Origin: Chrysomallon squamiferum
Taxonomy: Eukaryota > Animalia > Mollusca
Length of the DNA: 64,000 nt
Direction: 5' to 3'
Assembly (NCBI GenBank): GCA_012295275.1
Contig: CM022673.1
Location: 15,438,001 to 15,502,000 of the forward strand
Position 1 is the stretch's first letter; every line of letters starts with the position of its first letter. This document shows positions 1 through 14,056 of the stretch, one piece after another. A model generated the notes under the pieces. The model saw only the letters and a program-made list of their open reading frames with translations, was not told the origin of the DNA and ran no database searches. Both the position numbers and the translations under genes were made by a program.

Positions 1-1453
1 TTAACATACATTCACAATTAAAAGTCTTTTTTTTTTTCTTGTCTTTTTGTTTTTATATACATTATATTATCACATTCGCTGTTCCAAAAGAGAAAAGAAA
101 ATGAATCAAATAATGCCTGTTTATCAAAATATTAAACTATTTTTGGAAAAACAATTCCTAATTTACAGTCGTGTAGTAGATTGCTAGTTCAATTCTCCTC
201 ATTTAAACTTTTTTCATTCCAGCTGAACAAATATGTGCAGACATATGTACCACATATTTTTACATTCGATTTCATGATTTTATGTACAGTTTGTAAATAG
301 TGAAAATATTTGAAAAAAGAAAAAGAATGACTTGAAACAACACTTTTGTATTTTGTAGCCTAATTGAAAAATATATAAATGCATAATTGTTTTTTAAGAA
401 TATCGATATTTTTATTTATTGTTATTGCGACACAGGAATGGAATTTAATTAGTTTAAACATATATATACATTCCAGCATCACCTATTAACGTTAAAAGAA
501 ATAAAAGTTTTAACTTGACTCTTCTTCTGTAATGATAATAAAGTATTTCTCATGTTCACCTTCCTTTATGCAGGGAAGCACATAATTTGCAAGATACTGA
601 TATACATTTAGTCCGCCTTGTTTTTTTGTTTTGTTTTTATTTTATAATTATTTATTTATTTATTTATTTATTTTTATTAAGAAAATCAAAAATGAAACAA
701 ATAAACTTTCAGAAAAAAAAATTAATACAATAAAATATATCTAAAAAACAACAACAAAAACAACAAAGAAAACACACACGAATAACAAAGATAAAGTATG
801 ATTCATATGTTTTCAGGATGTAATAAAATAAAGAAAGACAAGTTAGAAGAAGAAGAGGAAAGCAACTAAAAAATGAACGACAAAAAAAAAAGAAATGAGA
901 GAAGTGGATAACTATATTTTATTAAACAAGTTAATTTTCACAGTCAATTCTTCATTTCTCACTCTGAAATTAATAATATGCAATAATATGCATACAGTAA
1001 AATAATATATCTTGTATTTTTAATAGCTTGTATATGCATATATTTATTTATATATGTTTATGTATGTATGTATGTATGTTTGTGTTTTTGTATGTATGTA
1101 TGTATGTATGCATGCATGTGCGTATGTATGTATAAATGTATGTATGTATTATGTATGTATGTATGTAATGTATGTATCTGTGTGCATGTGTATGTAAGTA
1201 ATGTAGGTATCTGTGTGCATGTGTATGTATACGTATGTATGTGTGCATGTCTGTATCCATGTATATATGTATGTACAATAATTATTTACTTTATAGCAAT
1301 ACCGTAGAAAATAACATGTCCACTATTTAACTGATAAAAAGTTATATGAAAAAAAATCCATGTTAAATTTATAATTAATGTCACAATATTACTATTAAGA
1401 GTAACACAGGTAGAAAATGTGACCCTTATCAAAATTACTTTCTTAGCAATAAG

Positions 1454-1783
<330 letters not shown>

Positions 1784-2171
1784 TTATGTGAGAAGGTAAC
1801 TGTTGATGAAGAGATGTGCAATACGAAATCATTTGTTGGCTGACTTCGGATTAGCTAATTCTCTTATTTTAACTATTTCTCTTTTTATGGACAGTTGATT
1901 AATCTTGATTGATGAATGAATGAAAAGAATATGTCTGCAATGTCACTTAAGATAAAGAGGTTTGATATAATACAATTAAATTGATCGTAGTGTTTCGGCT
2001 TCGCAAGTAAAGAGGGACTGAGAATTTATACAGTAAATATCAAAACCGGTGCTTATATAATTACTGATTAATTTTATCATTACTATTACACTGAATTCAT
2101 ATATTTTTTAGATATTTTCTTTAAAATATAATAATAAAAATATTATTATTGTTATTGTTATTATGATTAAG

Positions 2172-2221
<50 letters not shown>

Positions 2222-2367
2222 CGTTCTTGTCATTGTTGTTATGATGATTATTTATTTATATACTTACTTATTATTTAATTAATTAATTTAATTCTAATTA
2301 CACTCCTGTTGAATTAATAAACAATAGAAATAGTAAACATTTGCTGATGTATACAAATTTGACAAAC

Positions 2368-2619
2368 CTTCGCACTGCGTAACATTGCACAATCTCCAAT
2401 CCAAATCTGTTCCCGGAACGAAACACCATAAATAACCAGATTCGTCAGGATCTCTGCAGAAATTTGCTGCCGACTGCACTGACCCGTCGTCTGGAAACCG
2501 AAAGTCGTCTTCCATTGGATAAGCAGATGCCCAACTCGAGCACGTCAGTCCATCAAGTGTTTGATCTACTTGACCAGTGTATATAGCTCTCATCTGATTG
2601 CTTTTAACAAAGCACGAGA
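2368..2619 (-). CDS. Gene A, kringle 1 exon (SCFVKSNQMRAIYTG...CSSW...RFPDDGSVQSAANFCRDPDESGYLWCF...CNVTQCE)
   Basis: Acceptor ttttctag, donor G|gtttgt, 252 nt, phase 1-1, six Cys in kringle spacing. Confidence 0.9.
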
Positions 2620-2835
2620 CTAGAAAAAAAAGGAAGGCAAGAATGAAACTGACTAATTCATAAATTTAATAGAAATAGACAGAAATTAAAAGTATCTCTG
2701 TGACAGTTCTGTGTACAGAACCGAATATGTATTATTTACGTATGTATATACTGTATGTAGAGCAGATTTCATTTATTTTTCCTACAACAAACACCACACA
2801 TATAAGTAGATACATTTATCCATGCATATATGTAT

Positions 2836-2880
<45 letters not shown>

Positions 2881-2946
2881 GACAAACACACATATAAGAG
2901 AAACGTTCATACGACTATTTAAAAAAGTAATAAGTGTTCTACATGC

Positions 2947-3010
2947 CGCTGTCTCTGAGACTGGCTGTGTGGGAATATATTAAAAAGATGAAGACACCGA
3001 GTAGTTTCAT
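2947..3010 (-). CDS. Gene A, signal-peptide exon (MKLLGVFIFLIYSHTASLRDS)
   Basis: ttcacag|ATG start as in all paralogs; basic N-terminus and hydrophobic core. The phase-1 donor at the paralogous position is a GC (G|gcatgt), so the 3' boundary is inferred. Confidence 0.75.
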
Positions 3011-3561
3011 CTGTGAACAAAAACGAATAAAAACTGTCATTAATAAAACTAATTAGATATGGACTCTCCAAATGTTATAACGATCCTTCAACAATAATAT
3101 CAATGTCAATCGATTAAAACTACTTTCTGATCTAGCAAATAAACAGATTTATTGATATAATAATTCCTTATTAAATTGTTCAGCAACAATGGCGTAAACA
3201 CTGTCTATGCATTAACAAGTCGTTACCAGATAAGCCATTCAGCTAATGTTCAACTGGATGGTTATGCTGTAAAGAAAGAGACAATAAAGAAGAAGAAATG
3301 CCAGTAATGATAGTTGTAAGTTGCAGTTGCTTTAATACTTATAATTGTAGTAGTAGTTGCGGCAGCATTATTAAAAGAAGAAGAAGAAAAAAGATATAAT
3401 CTGCATTAAAAGCCAGAGATGGTGTCTATGAGAAAACGGAGAAATAAAGAAATGAAAGACGAAATGACAATCAACGGAAAATTTCAAAAAAAAAACCAAA
3501 ACAACAAAAATAATATATTTAATAGAAAGATTAGTTGAATTAATTTTAGTTATAACTTTAC

Positions 3562-3680
3562 TGGCGGAAGAACGTATTACAGTAAAACAGTAGACAGTAA
3601 AATACTACCGCTGTTTTCTGAATTAATGCCACTTGTATATCGTCAAGTTGATGTACAACATGGAAATGCCGAGCTTCGAT
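3562..3680 (-). other. Gene A, putative non-coding exon 1 (5' UTR)
   Basis: Lies just downstream of a TATA box and ends in donor A|gtaaag at 3561; same arrangement as gene G. The start site is approximate. Confidence 0.5.
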
Positions 3681-3703
3681 GTCGAGTAAAGAAAATGAGA
3701 GCA

Positions 3704-3800
3704 ATTTATACTATAGGGATATCTGATTTTAATTAACATTAAATGTTTGTGAAGACTAATCATTGTGGCTGTCAAAAACATATAACACAAGTGCGAATAT
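3704..3800 (-). promoter_or_regulatory. Gene A promoter module: CACTTG..TATATG..TTTGACAG plus TATAAAT (3704-3710)
   Basis: Nearly the same sequence as 42774-42865 upstream of gene G, and alignable to the plus-strand copies at 7641, 19556 and 26058. Confidence 0.65.
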
Positions 3801-3939
3801 CATTTCTTTTTTCTTTCTCTTTTGCGTTTACATAAATATTATATTATCAGTTTCATCATTTAAAAAAACAAACACCAAATAAAAAAAAAAACCCCCAAAA
3901 AAGAAAAGAACAACATAAAAGAACCAAACCCCCCCAAAA

Positions 3940-4033
<94 letters not shown>

Positions 4034-4353
4034 TAATAAAAATAATAATATAAATAATAAATAATTAACGAAATAAAAAAATAAAATAAAAAGTTAATGT
4101 CTAGTTATTATACATTAGAATATTTTTTTCAACAATAGTTGTGTACCTTGTATTATTGTAATGATATAACATATCGTCAATAGTTATACTCAATTGAAAA
4201 AAGTATCAAATTCATTTAACTGTGTATTTTCATAATATATTTATATATTTTGATTGCGAATGAGAGTAATTTCATCCTTTAAAATAACTGTTATATATTT
4301 AGTTTTTATTTACAACATATACTAATTATGTACTGTATTTATTGTATAATTAC

Positions 4354-4402
<49 letters not shown>

Positions 4403-4429
4403 TGATGATGATGGTTGTGAAATATGCAG

Positions 4430-6290
4430 TTAAGGATTGTAAATTAGACTAGCCACCTTACAAACCCGCCAATTTATGTTCAGTTTAATTATTAATATTA
4501 TAATATGATAAACTATTGTATTATATTTGTTGGAAACCATGAATCCAAAACTGCTCAAAAAAAAAACCCTGAAAATGTCCATGCAATAACGATGCACTTT
4601 TTTTGTTGTTGTTATTTTTTTGCTCCTTCTGAACCAGTGATTTCCGAAAAGTGTGAAAATGTGCACAGATTACAAAGGATAAAAACTGTAATCGGATCAT
4701 ATTATGGAAACACAAAACAGAAAACATTTTCTGTTTGTTTTTTCAGTAGCCACATCTACATTCGGTGATATGTAGTAACAGAAGAAAAAGAGCTGGCCTG
4801 CTGTATAAATAAAATCGAATATGCGTTTGAGCTTTCGCAAAACAACTATTTCATACAATTCGTAAAACTTTTATAATTTTATATGTTAATAACATCCAAA
4901 AATATTTGCATAATTTTATGGGCAATTCCGTAACTCAAGAGACATGAGGTGGGAAAAAGATTAAATGTCGATATTTCTTTATACAAATGGTCAAAATATT
5001 TTCTTAAAACTTCCAATTTGCAGAATCCCTGAAGATTCTTGTCGGTTCTGACTCTTGATTCTGATATCAACATGTATAACATAATCTAAAGGCTACAAAC
5101 TAACCAAAATAGCATTTATAAGTCTTTCAAATGTGCTCAAGGAAAGAAAACTGTAATATCCGCCACATGTAACCATAGATGCTGTGACATCCGTTACATT
5201 CCTGCAAGTCAAGAAAATGTTTTCTTAGTGATTCTGCATCTTTTGCACTAAAGACAGTTTCAGTGATTACCATTAGATTGCAGACGCAGAATGAAACTGT
5301 TTTACCCACAATTTTCAGTACTTCCTCGTGGTTTAATTCCTGAGATATTTTCAAGACAAATCAAATCCATGTCATATGGCTTCATCCTCAAAAATAAAGA
5401 TATGCTTTTCCTGCAGTCCTGAAACAATATCATTTCAAGATGCAAGATTTTTTTTTAATTAATTGAGGATAAAAAGTACACGTGCAATGTTCATAGAGAT
5501 AGCCTTACGAAAAGTATGGGCAGGGTTCATAGTGGCAGCCTTTATGAAATCTAGTAATGAATTCCTCAGCTATCAAAGGAATTGCACGTTTGCACTACCT
5601 CACCAATGAGGATGGTGATGTGGAAACTTCTGAAGAAATCCATCTGCCTGCAGTATAATTTAGAATGACTGGAAATATAGTTAAGTTATCAAATCCACAT
5701 CATGCTTTTGCCATAATAGCAGAGAACCAGATACTTCTTTCTATGGACATATAACTTCATTCTATGTCAGCGAACAAAATGTAACATCCGTCACGGTAAT
5801 ATGCATCACACACAGTTATTGAATATTGTTTTCTTAAACTTTTATGTTCAAATTATATTATAACTGGTTGTCTTCTATGGCCATTTCACCTTGTCTCTAA
5901 AGGAAAATATTTATTTGTACAATTTCAGACAATTTGGAAATAAAGTTAGTTTGTTTAACAATGACCTTTTGATGTTTCATCATTATCCAATAAGACATAG
6001 ATAGCTCTTGACTCTGTTGCCTGTAACACTAAACTGATTTGGAAATAGACAAGTCTGTCATTCAGGGCGATTTACCAGGAGTATAACTAATCTTATATTA
6101 CATTTATATTTTTAATAAATATTGGAAATCTATATAAATGCTTTCCTCGTGGTCAGCTCTGTGTTGGATGTTCAAGATTTGGAAATGGTAAAACAAAAGA
6201 ATATTATACACCCCGCTGCCTCTCAGTGATTATTCTAAACCCTTAGTCACATGGGCCGAACTCCAAGAAGTCCTATTTTCCTTGCAGATA
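4430..6290. mobile_element. Degenerate interspersed repeat, probably a DNA-transposon relic of unidentified family
   Basis: Complex, coding-like sequence with broken frames; 5770-5950 aligns by eye to 37245-37430. Boundaries are approximate. Confidence 0.35.
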
Positions 6291-6812
6291 CTTCATTTTA
6301 CTGGTTATTTATTTATTTATTTATTCTATTTTTGTATTTTAGTTTACTTTATTCTATTTTATTTTTGTTTTTTATTTATTTTATTTTTTTATTTGCTAAA
6401 AATAATAACAGTTGTAGGACAGAACATTTAGTGTGTGTGAGAGGATTTTAAGCTTATTCTTTCTATTTATAATTAAGAACGTACAAGTTTCGGAACTTCT
6501 GCAGTGCCCGGCTGCATTACGATGTGTTATTTGATTTATTATTTAATATTAAACTGAGCATAACGATGTGTGTTTTTCTTCATCTTCTATTTATTTTGTT
6601 TTGTTTTGTTTTCGTTTTTGTTTGCTGTTTTTACATAATAACATCCCGCGTATAGACATTTGCATATATATATTTAAATTGCTTCTGTTGAATGTCTTCA
6701 TATTTTCAGTGTATCTCCACAATCCATATCTCAGAGATATTAATAAAAACAAAAATCTGTATAGTGTCTAACTGTTGTCTCTCTCTCTCTCTAAAACATA
6801 TATATATATATA

Positions 6813-7190
6813 CAGGGTCATTCAAAAGTCCCGCTACACTTTTAAATTTTAATGGAATGAAAACAAAATTTGAACAAAATTAGTCGTGAACTTTTTACAG
6901 AGCGCTACAATTTGTCCCACAACGAAAATATCCCTCTTCTTCTGTTTTTTTAGGCTCCGTAGACTTCAACGTGAGCACCTCTTCAAGGATTTCTATCCAA
7001 CTCAGGCCAGCATCTATTTGTACCACAATGGAAGGCATTCCTTATACGTTGCTTTTCAGGAAGCCCCACAGAAAGAAGTCATAGGGTGTCAAATCTGGAG
7101 AACGTGACGCCCACTCCAGAGGTCCTCGACAACCTACCCATCTATCAGGGAACTTATGATTCAAGAAATCGCGTGCTGCTTTAGCATAAT
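6813..7190 (-). mobile_element. Mariner/Tc1-superfamily relic: 3' part of transposase plus terminal repeat
   Basis: The minus strand reads LEWASRSPDLTPYDFFLWG, a match to the WPxRSPDLTPxDFFLWG motif of DDxD transposases; terminus TA|CAGGGTCATTCAAAAGTC abuts a (TA)n tract. Confidence 0.75.
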
Positions 7191-7640
7191 GTGATTGTTT
7201 TTTCCTACATGATTATCATAAAGTGTTCTGCATTATAGTATAACTGAAAATCAGTTACGAAATACGCTTCTAAAACTTCAGTGAAAGAGAATGATATTAT
7301 TGTTTACCTATATGTTTTTCTGTGTTTCAAAATCTCCGTAAGTTTGTGTGTATTGAAATATGTATGATGTTTGCAGGCAAATACACTAATCACTTGCTAA
7401 ATACATCCATTTACATATACATGTTACATACATACATAATTACATACATAAATACAGTTTATAACGCTAATTTTTGATTTTTCAAACTTTTTTAAAAGTT
7501 GTTAATCTATTTCTTTATCTCTTTCTTTTTTTCTTTATTTCTTTATTTATTTATTTACGTATTTATTTATTTATTCATTTATTTGTTTGTTTGTTTGTTT
7601 GTTTGTTTATTGAATATATACTTTTAAAACTACATGTAAT

Positions 7641-7710
7641 ATTTGCAATTGTAACATATGTTTCCGACATCAAGAATAATTAACCATCGCAAAATATAGT
7701 ATAAACTATA
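7641..7710 (+). promoter_or_regulatory. Gene B promoter module: CAATTG..CATATG..TCCGACA plus TATAAA (7700-7705)
   Basis: Aligns with the modules at 19556, 26058 and, reverse-complemented, 3704-3800 and 42774-42865. Confidence 0.6.
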
Positions 7711-7728
7711 TCAATAACTATCTATCTA

Positions 7729-7785
<57 letters not shown>

Positions 7786-7828
7786 GTGTGCGTGTGTGTG
7801 TGTGTATTTATATATATACATATATATA

Positions 7829-8545
7829 TATAATGAACAAAAGAAGACTTTCCGCTTAATTTGTTTGAATATAACTTGAGGAAAATAAACCGGGGAAAAA
7901 TTGTTATATATATACGTTTAAAGAGTGCTCCATTATGCATTGTTTGATGCAAAAATCATGGCTATAGGTTAACAGAAACCGGATGGGTTGGTACGACTAT
8001 CCCAGACATGCTCGATGGGGTTAAGATCAATGAAATCAATGTTACATGTGCACAATTAAGACGACTTAGACGATGGCGTTGCCTTAAAACTCATCCGTGT
8101 TCATAAAACAGCGGTCTTGACCATGCGCTGTAACATGCGGACGTCCAAGAAGAGACAAGTTGTTGGTGCTTCCTGTCGTTCGAAATCTTACGAGAAGATT
8201 TCGTATCGCTGGACTAGAACCCCCAAAATTCACTGCAACATCTTCTGTCGACATGACAGCATCAAGCATGCCAATCGCCCGTTCGCGTAAATTACTGGGA
8301 ATTCTTGGCATACTAAAAATCCTACAATGTAAAACACTTTTTTTTATTATTTCTTGTCGAAACATGCATGCACGTTCAAACTGAGTTTCACGTTCAGACG
8401 ATTAACAGTGCAAAATTAATCAATAAAATTCATGAATACTGATCATACAGCTCAAGGCTACCTATATAGTTTCATTACACAATGAATTCTTTAACACAAC
8501 AAATAATATATGTACAAATCGGAAGTTTCTTTTTTTGTTTAGTAT
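7829..8545 (-). mobile_element. Internally deleted Tc1-like element retaining the N-terminal HTH region of the transposase
   Basis: ORF 8084-8365 contains MPRIPSNLRERAIGMLDA...RFRTTGSTN...GRPHVT...QDR, similar to the start of the 39625 transposase; imperfect TIRs (tgaacaaaagaagactttccg / cggaagtttctttttttgtttag) flanked by TA repeats. Confidence 0.8.
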
Positions 8546-9220
8546 ATATATATATATAAGTATTTAATATTTCGTTTTGTGCATTGCTATCAAAGGTAGG
8601 TTTTCTGTTTATTTTATTTTTAATTATTTTATTTTATATACATTTTTTATTATTGTGTAGTTCTCGTTCTTTCGTGTTTCTGTAACTACCACTACTACTA
8701 CTGCTACTACTATTGCTTTTACTACTTCTACTGCTGCCTTTATATTTGCTAATATATTTTTTGTCTTTTATTTCTTTCTACTGTTTCAGTGAAAATATTA
8801 CGTAAAAGACATATTAAAATAAAAAAAAAAAAAAAAAAAATAAAAATAAATAAAAAAGTATTCATTTGATGTTCACTTTTAATTTTAATCTCATTTAAAT
8901 TTCACTAGTGTATTTTCAATATTCACTTTTAATTAGCTAAAATTATTCCGACTGGAAACTGTTATTTTTGCATTTGAAAATTAACCATATTACATTTTAG
9001 ACAAGTACAACATATAGCTTGTATCGATATACTGTCTCAGACTGTACGTTACTATTAAGGAATAATGAATCAGAAATTACATTGTTATTAGAATGGTGAT
9101 AACATCTACAGTCAATCGAAAAGTATCGTACGAAAATCATTAATCATTAATATTTATGACAAGTGTATATTCTTTAATTAAATTAAAACATAATTTTTTT
9201 AAACCTGTTGTTATTTACAG

Positions 9221-9290
9221 ATGAAACTGCTACCTCTGAACATCCTAATAATTTTCATATACCTCCGCAGTGCAAATCCCAAAAGGGGCA
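9221..9290 (+). CDS. Gene B, signal-peptide exon (MKLLPLNILIIFIYLRSANPKRG)
   Basis: tttacag|ATG, donor A|gtaagt, 70 nt, phase 1. Confidence 0.88.
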
Positions 9291-9874
9291 GTAAGTAAAA
9301 ATAATATATATATATATATATTTACTGGTGAGATTAGACGTTGACAATAAGCAGAGCTCGTATTAAATGTATTCAGATTAAATTAACAGAAATGGACATG
9401 TTAATTTCATGAACACTAAAGAGTACAATTTACAAACCAACGCAAGTACAGCCGGAAACTGAACTGCAAACATTCCTAAACAAACATAAGAATAACACTT
9501 CAGTTAAATAATTTTACCTCTTATTGCAAGTGTCTGCATAAAGTATTTCGTTGCAGACCCTGTTTTAATTAAAAACAGAATGTCAATGTATACATGTAGA
9601 TGATTAGTTTTATATTCATCTGAAAGGCAAGGTTATGTTTCGTTTCACTTTCAAAAAAAACTAATTCCTCCCAAACATTTCTCACTTCCTACTGAGTCCA
9701 GATGAAGAAATCACTCTCATGCCTAGCTTGAACTCTCATATATATATATTACCGAAATTTGAAACGAGAATAAATACCGATTATTATTATTATTAGTAGT
9801 AGTAGTATTATTGTTTCATGCACATTTATTTATTTATTTATATATTTATATATTTATACTTTATACGTTTTCAG

Positions 9875-10114
9875 AAAAATGTTTTCTAAGCAGTCGTAAC
9901 AGAGCTGTTTATTATGGTACAGAACATAAGACAGAGCTTGGCGATACATGCGATTACTGGTCAAGTATGTACGGTCATTGGGATGACGATCTGTTCCCAG
10001 AGGACGGGACTGTGGATAATGCAAAGAATTACTGTAGAGACCCAGACGGATCTGGTTTCGTTTGGTGCCTTTCCTCTTTTAAATGGCAAAAGTGTAACGT
10101 TCGAAAATGCCCTG
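9875..10114 (+). CDS. Gene B, kringle 1 exon (KCFLSSRNRAVYYG...CDYW...[26 protein letters not shown]...CNVRKCP)
   Basis: tttcag acceptor, G|gtttgt donor, 240 nt, phase 1-1, six Cys. Confidence 0.92.
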
Positions 10115-10396
10115 GTTTGTGAAATGCATACATTATTAGAAAACGTGTTTTGTTTATTTGATAGATATGTATTCAGATATGTATGTAAAAGACTAATTAA
10201 AAATTAAAATAATAAATAAAATAAAAATGTAATAATAACGACAGTAAAAACAACATAAAATTAAAGATGATTATGATAAAATTTATGATCATTATTACAG
10301 TAAAGACAATAATGTTATTATGTTCTTGCCATTGTGGCTGCATATAGGACATTTTTTTTATTTATTTATTTATTTATCCATTTGCTATTATTATTA

Positions 10397-10451
<55 letters not shown>

Positions 10452-10581
10452 CGAATCTGTTCAAAACAGTGTTAAAACCAGTGTCCTAAATATTCAGATG
10501 ACTTACGCACGACCTCATTTATCATTGAATTATTTCATATAGTGATGAATGCGTTATTTCTCAAATAATAATTATTTTCAG

Positions 10582-10833
10582 AATGCTACGATCTGATAGA
10601 TGGAAGAGCCTATTACATAGGAAGTCAGCGATATACAGCTTCGGGGAATATTTGCATTAACTGGGTCGATAAATTCCCGAGTTACATTGGTTTTATCGAA
10701 CCTAGGAATTTTCCTGAAAGATATATAAAAGAAGTAGAAAACTTTTGTCGTGATCCGGATCAAACTGGTTATCCGTGGTGCTACACTGATACCACCACTG
10801 GGTGGGAAAAATGTGGAATTCCGCAATGTGAAG
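10582..10833 (+). CDS. Gene B, kringle 2 exon ([84 protein letters not shown]); missing from the ORF track
   Basis: Manual translation; ttttcag acceptor, G|gttact donor, 252 nt, no stop codons. Confidence 0.92.
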
Positions 10834-11010
10834 GTTACTCTATTAAATAATTATGTTTTCTTTGAAACATAATAACCGTAACGAAACATGATGAAAAAGT
10901 TTTCAAACTACAGTTTATTTTAATGATTTCTTGTCTAAAATGTCACTTCATAAATATAGAATTATGCACATACTTTCATTGGTTTATTCGTGTATATAAA
11001 CCTACCTACA

Positions 11011-11083
<73 letters not shown>

Positions 11084-11521
11084 CACATATATATATATAT
11101 ACATGCATACATACATACATACATACACATACATATATACATATGACTTCTGCTACTGTTGCTACTACTACTACAACTTAATTTTTATGTTTCGCAAGGA
11201 AATAGATTTATTTATTTCCGAAAACAGTATTACTTTTGAAGTGATAGACTTAGTCAGTAGTAACTACAAATGCACAAGTTTTGGCGCTCACAGTATCAAA
11301 CGTAAAGAGTAAGAATCTCTTATTTTCAGAACTGCGTAATTATTTCAAATCTTTTGGGGTTACTCTCCTTTGAACATGCAAATAATGGTTTTCGTGATAT
11401 CTCCGAGACAGAATTAGGGTATTTAATAATTTGCACACCTACGCAACTGATTAGATTCTGACATAATTATGTATCATGTTGATGAATGGATAATATTTGA
11501 AATATTCTATTTTCGTTTCAG

Positions 11522-11772
11522 TATGCTACGATAAGATAAATGGAAAGGTGTTCTATAATGGAACGAAATCAGTTACCTTTTCAGGCAAAAAATGCCAAAG
11601 ATGGGACCGCCAAATACCACACAAACATGTTAATACTCGTGCTGATCTTTTCCCTGATAAAACTATGGAAGAAGTAGGAAACTATTGCCGTGACCCCGAT
11701 AAAACAGGTTACCCATGGTGCTACACTGTAACCATAGTTAGATGGGAGTCGTGTGGAATTGAAGAATGCTAA
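11522..11772 (+). CDS. Gene B, kringle 3 / terminal exon (VCYDKINGKVFYNGTK...CQRWDRQIPH...NYCRDPDKTGYPWCY...WESCGIEEC*)
   Basis: tttcag acceptor, stop directly after the last Cys; spliced CDS 70+240+252+251 = 813 nt = 270 aa. Confidence 0.92.
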
Positions 11773-12068
11773 GGTGAGTATTTGTTCAATTGTATGCTTT
11801 GTGATGAGACCTTATCTTCTTGTGTTGTCTGAAGTATAAACGTATGTACATACATATATACCTACCTACATACAAAACACACACATATACACACATACAT
11901 ACAAACATATATACATACATAAATACATATATACTACATACATATACCAACATACACACACACACACATACATACAGAGAAAGACAAAAAGATAGACAGA
12001 TTATATACATAGACTAATAGACATCTAGATATACATACATACATACATACATACATACATACATACAC

Positions 12069-12274
<206 letters not shown>

Positions 12275-12926
12275 ACAAATATATACATGATATCAATAAC
12301 AACAACAATAATATTAATGATGATGATGGTGATTATTATAAAAGGTATAGAATTAACTTTTTATATCGATATATTCATCTTTATAATTTCAGACAAAAAA
12401 AACAACCAACCAAACAAAAAAACAAAAACAACAATTCTAGTATGAAATATCAATTTTCAATAAAATGTTAACTTAACTCATAATTTCGTTGTTATTTTTC
12501 AACTGGGAAGTGACTGCGTGAAAATATTCTTTACTTTCAGAATTTTTGTACATCTTTTCCTATTCTTATATTTTCGTATATTTTCCTTTTATTTCTTAAA
12601 GTTTTAAATTATTTTTCTTTACGAATATTTATCGTTCCTGCGTTTCTTCTTTCTATTGTTTAATTACCAGAAATAGTACAATATGCATACATATGATAAT
12701 ACACTAACAATAACACTAATAGCAGTACAAGTAATATAAGTAGTAGCAAAAGTACTAGTGGAAGCAGTTATAGTAGTAGTAAAGTAGTTTGTAGTAGCAG
12801 TAGAATGGTAGCAGTAATAGTATTTTTTTTTAGGTAAATAACTAAATAAATATATTTAAAGCGCAGTTAAAAATCTGTATGTAATATATTAAACAGTGGT
12901 ATTAATACTGGTACTATGATGACAAC

Positions 12927-13000
<74 letters not shown>

Positions 13001-13442
13001 CAGCAGTAGAGGTAAACTGAATGAATAGAAAATATGAAGTCTTATCTTTGTGTGTGTTGCACTCAATCGGAAGTGCCTTTCGGTACTTTGTTTTGATGCA
13101 AGAAATAACACTGAAATGATGTTTATTTAGTGTTAATGTGGAACACCGACCTTATTTTCATGAAATTTCGTTCAAAACATGCTACGTACTTAATAAAAAA
13201 TAACACAGTTCATTCAGTACAAATTTACTGTTTTTCTAGTCTCTTCTTTGATTTGATAAATCAAGATTTCATCACCATGGTCATTAATAAAACGGCCCCC
13301 AAAAATTAAAATTTAAAAATTTCATAACATAGAAAAGTCTTGACTGACCAATTTCTTTGTCACTGAATCAGGATAAAAAAAGATCTACAGTTACAGTTAG
13401 GAGTCAATCTAGTATTTCCCACATTTGATTTCCTACTACTAC

Positions 13443-13540
<98 letters not shown>

Positions 13541-13818
13541 TAAGTAGTAGTAGTAGTAGCTATAATAATAATATAGTCATTCATTATTAAAGAGGCGAGT
13601 TTATATTTGTTATTAGGGATCTAGAGACATACCATTTGTGAATTACGTATTCTAAAATGATTAAACTAAAAATAAAAAAAAAACAACAAAAAGTAAAACT
13701 TTATACCACCATTATCACCATTACCGCCACCACCATTACTACAACTGCCCCATCACTACTACTATTACTACTACTACTACTATTATCACTTTTACTGTAA
13801 CTACTACACTGCTACAAT

Positions 13819-13850
<32 letters not shown>

Positions 13851-13999
13851 TTACATCCGTTACTATTATTATTACTAGTGCGTTAAGAGACTTGTAAGCT
13901 TGAGTTAGTCTTTGTGGTATTCGTAATTTATTTCCAAGTTGAATCAGTTACTGTACACATTGCTGAATAGAAACTTCACAAAATGTGAATTTAATTGAA

Positions 14000-14056
<57 letters not shown>

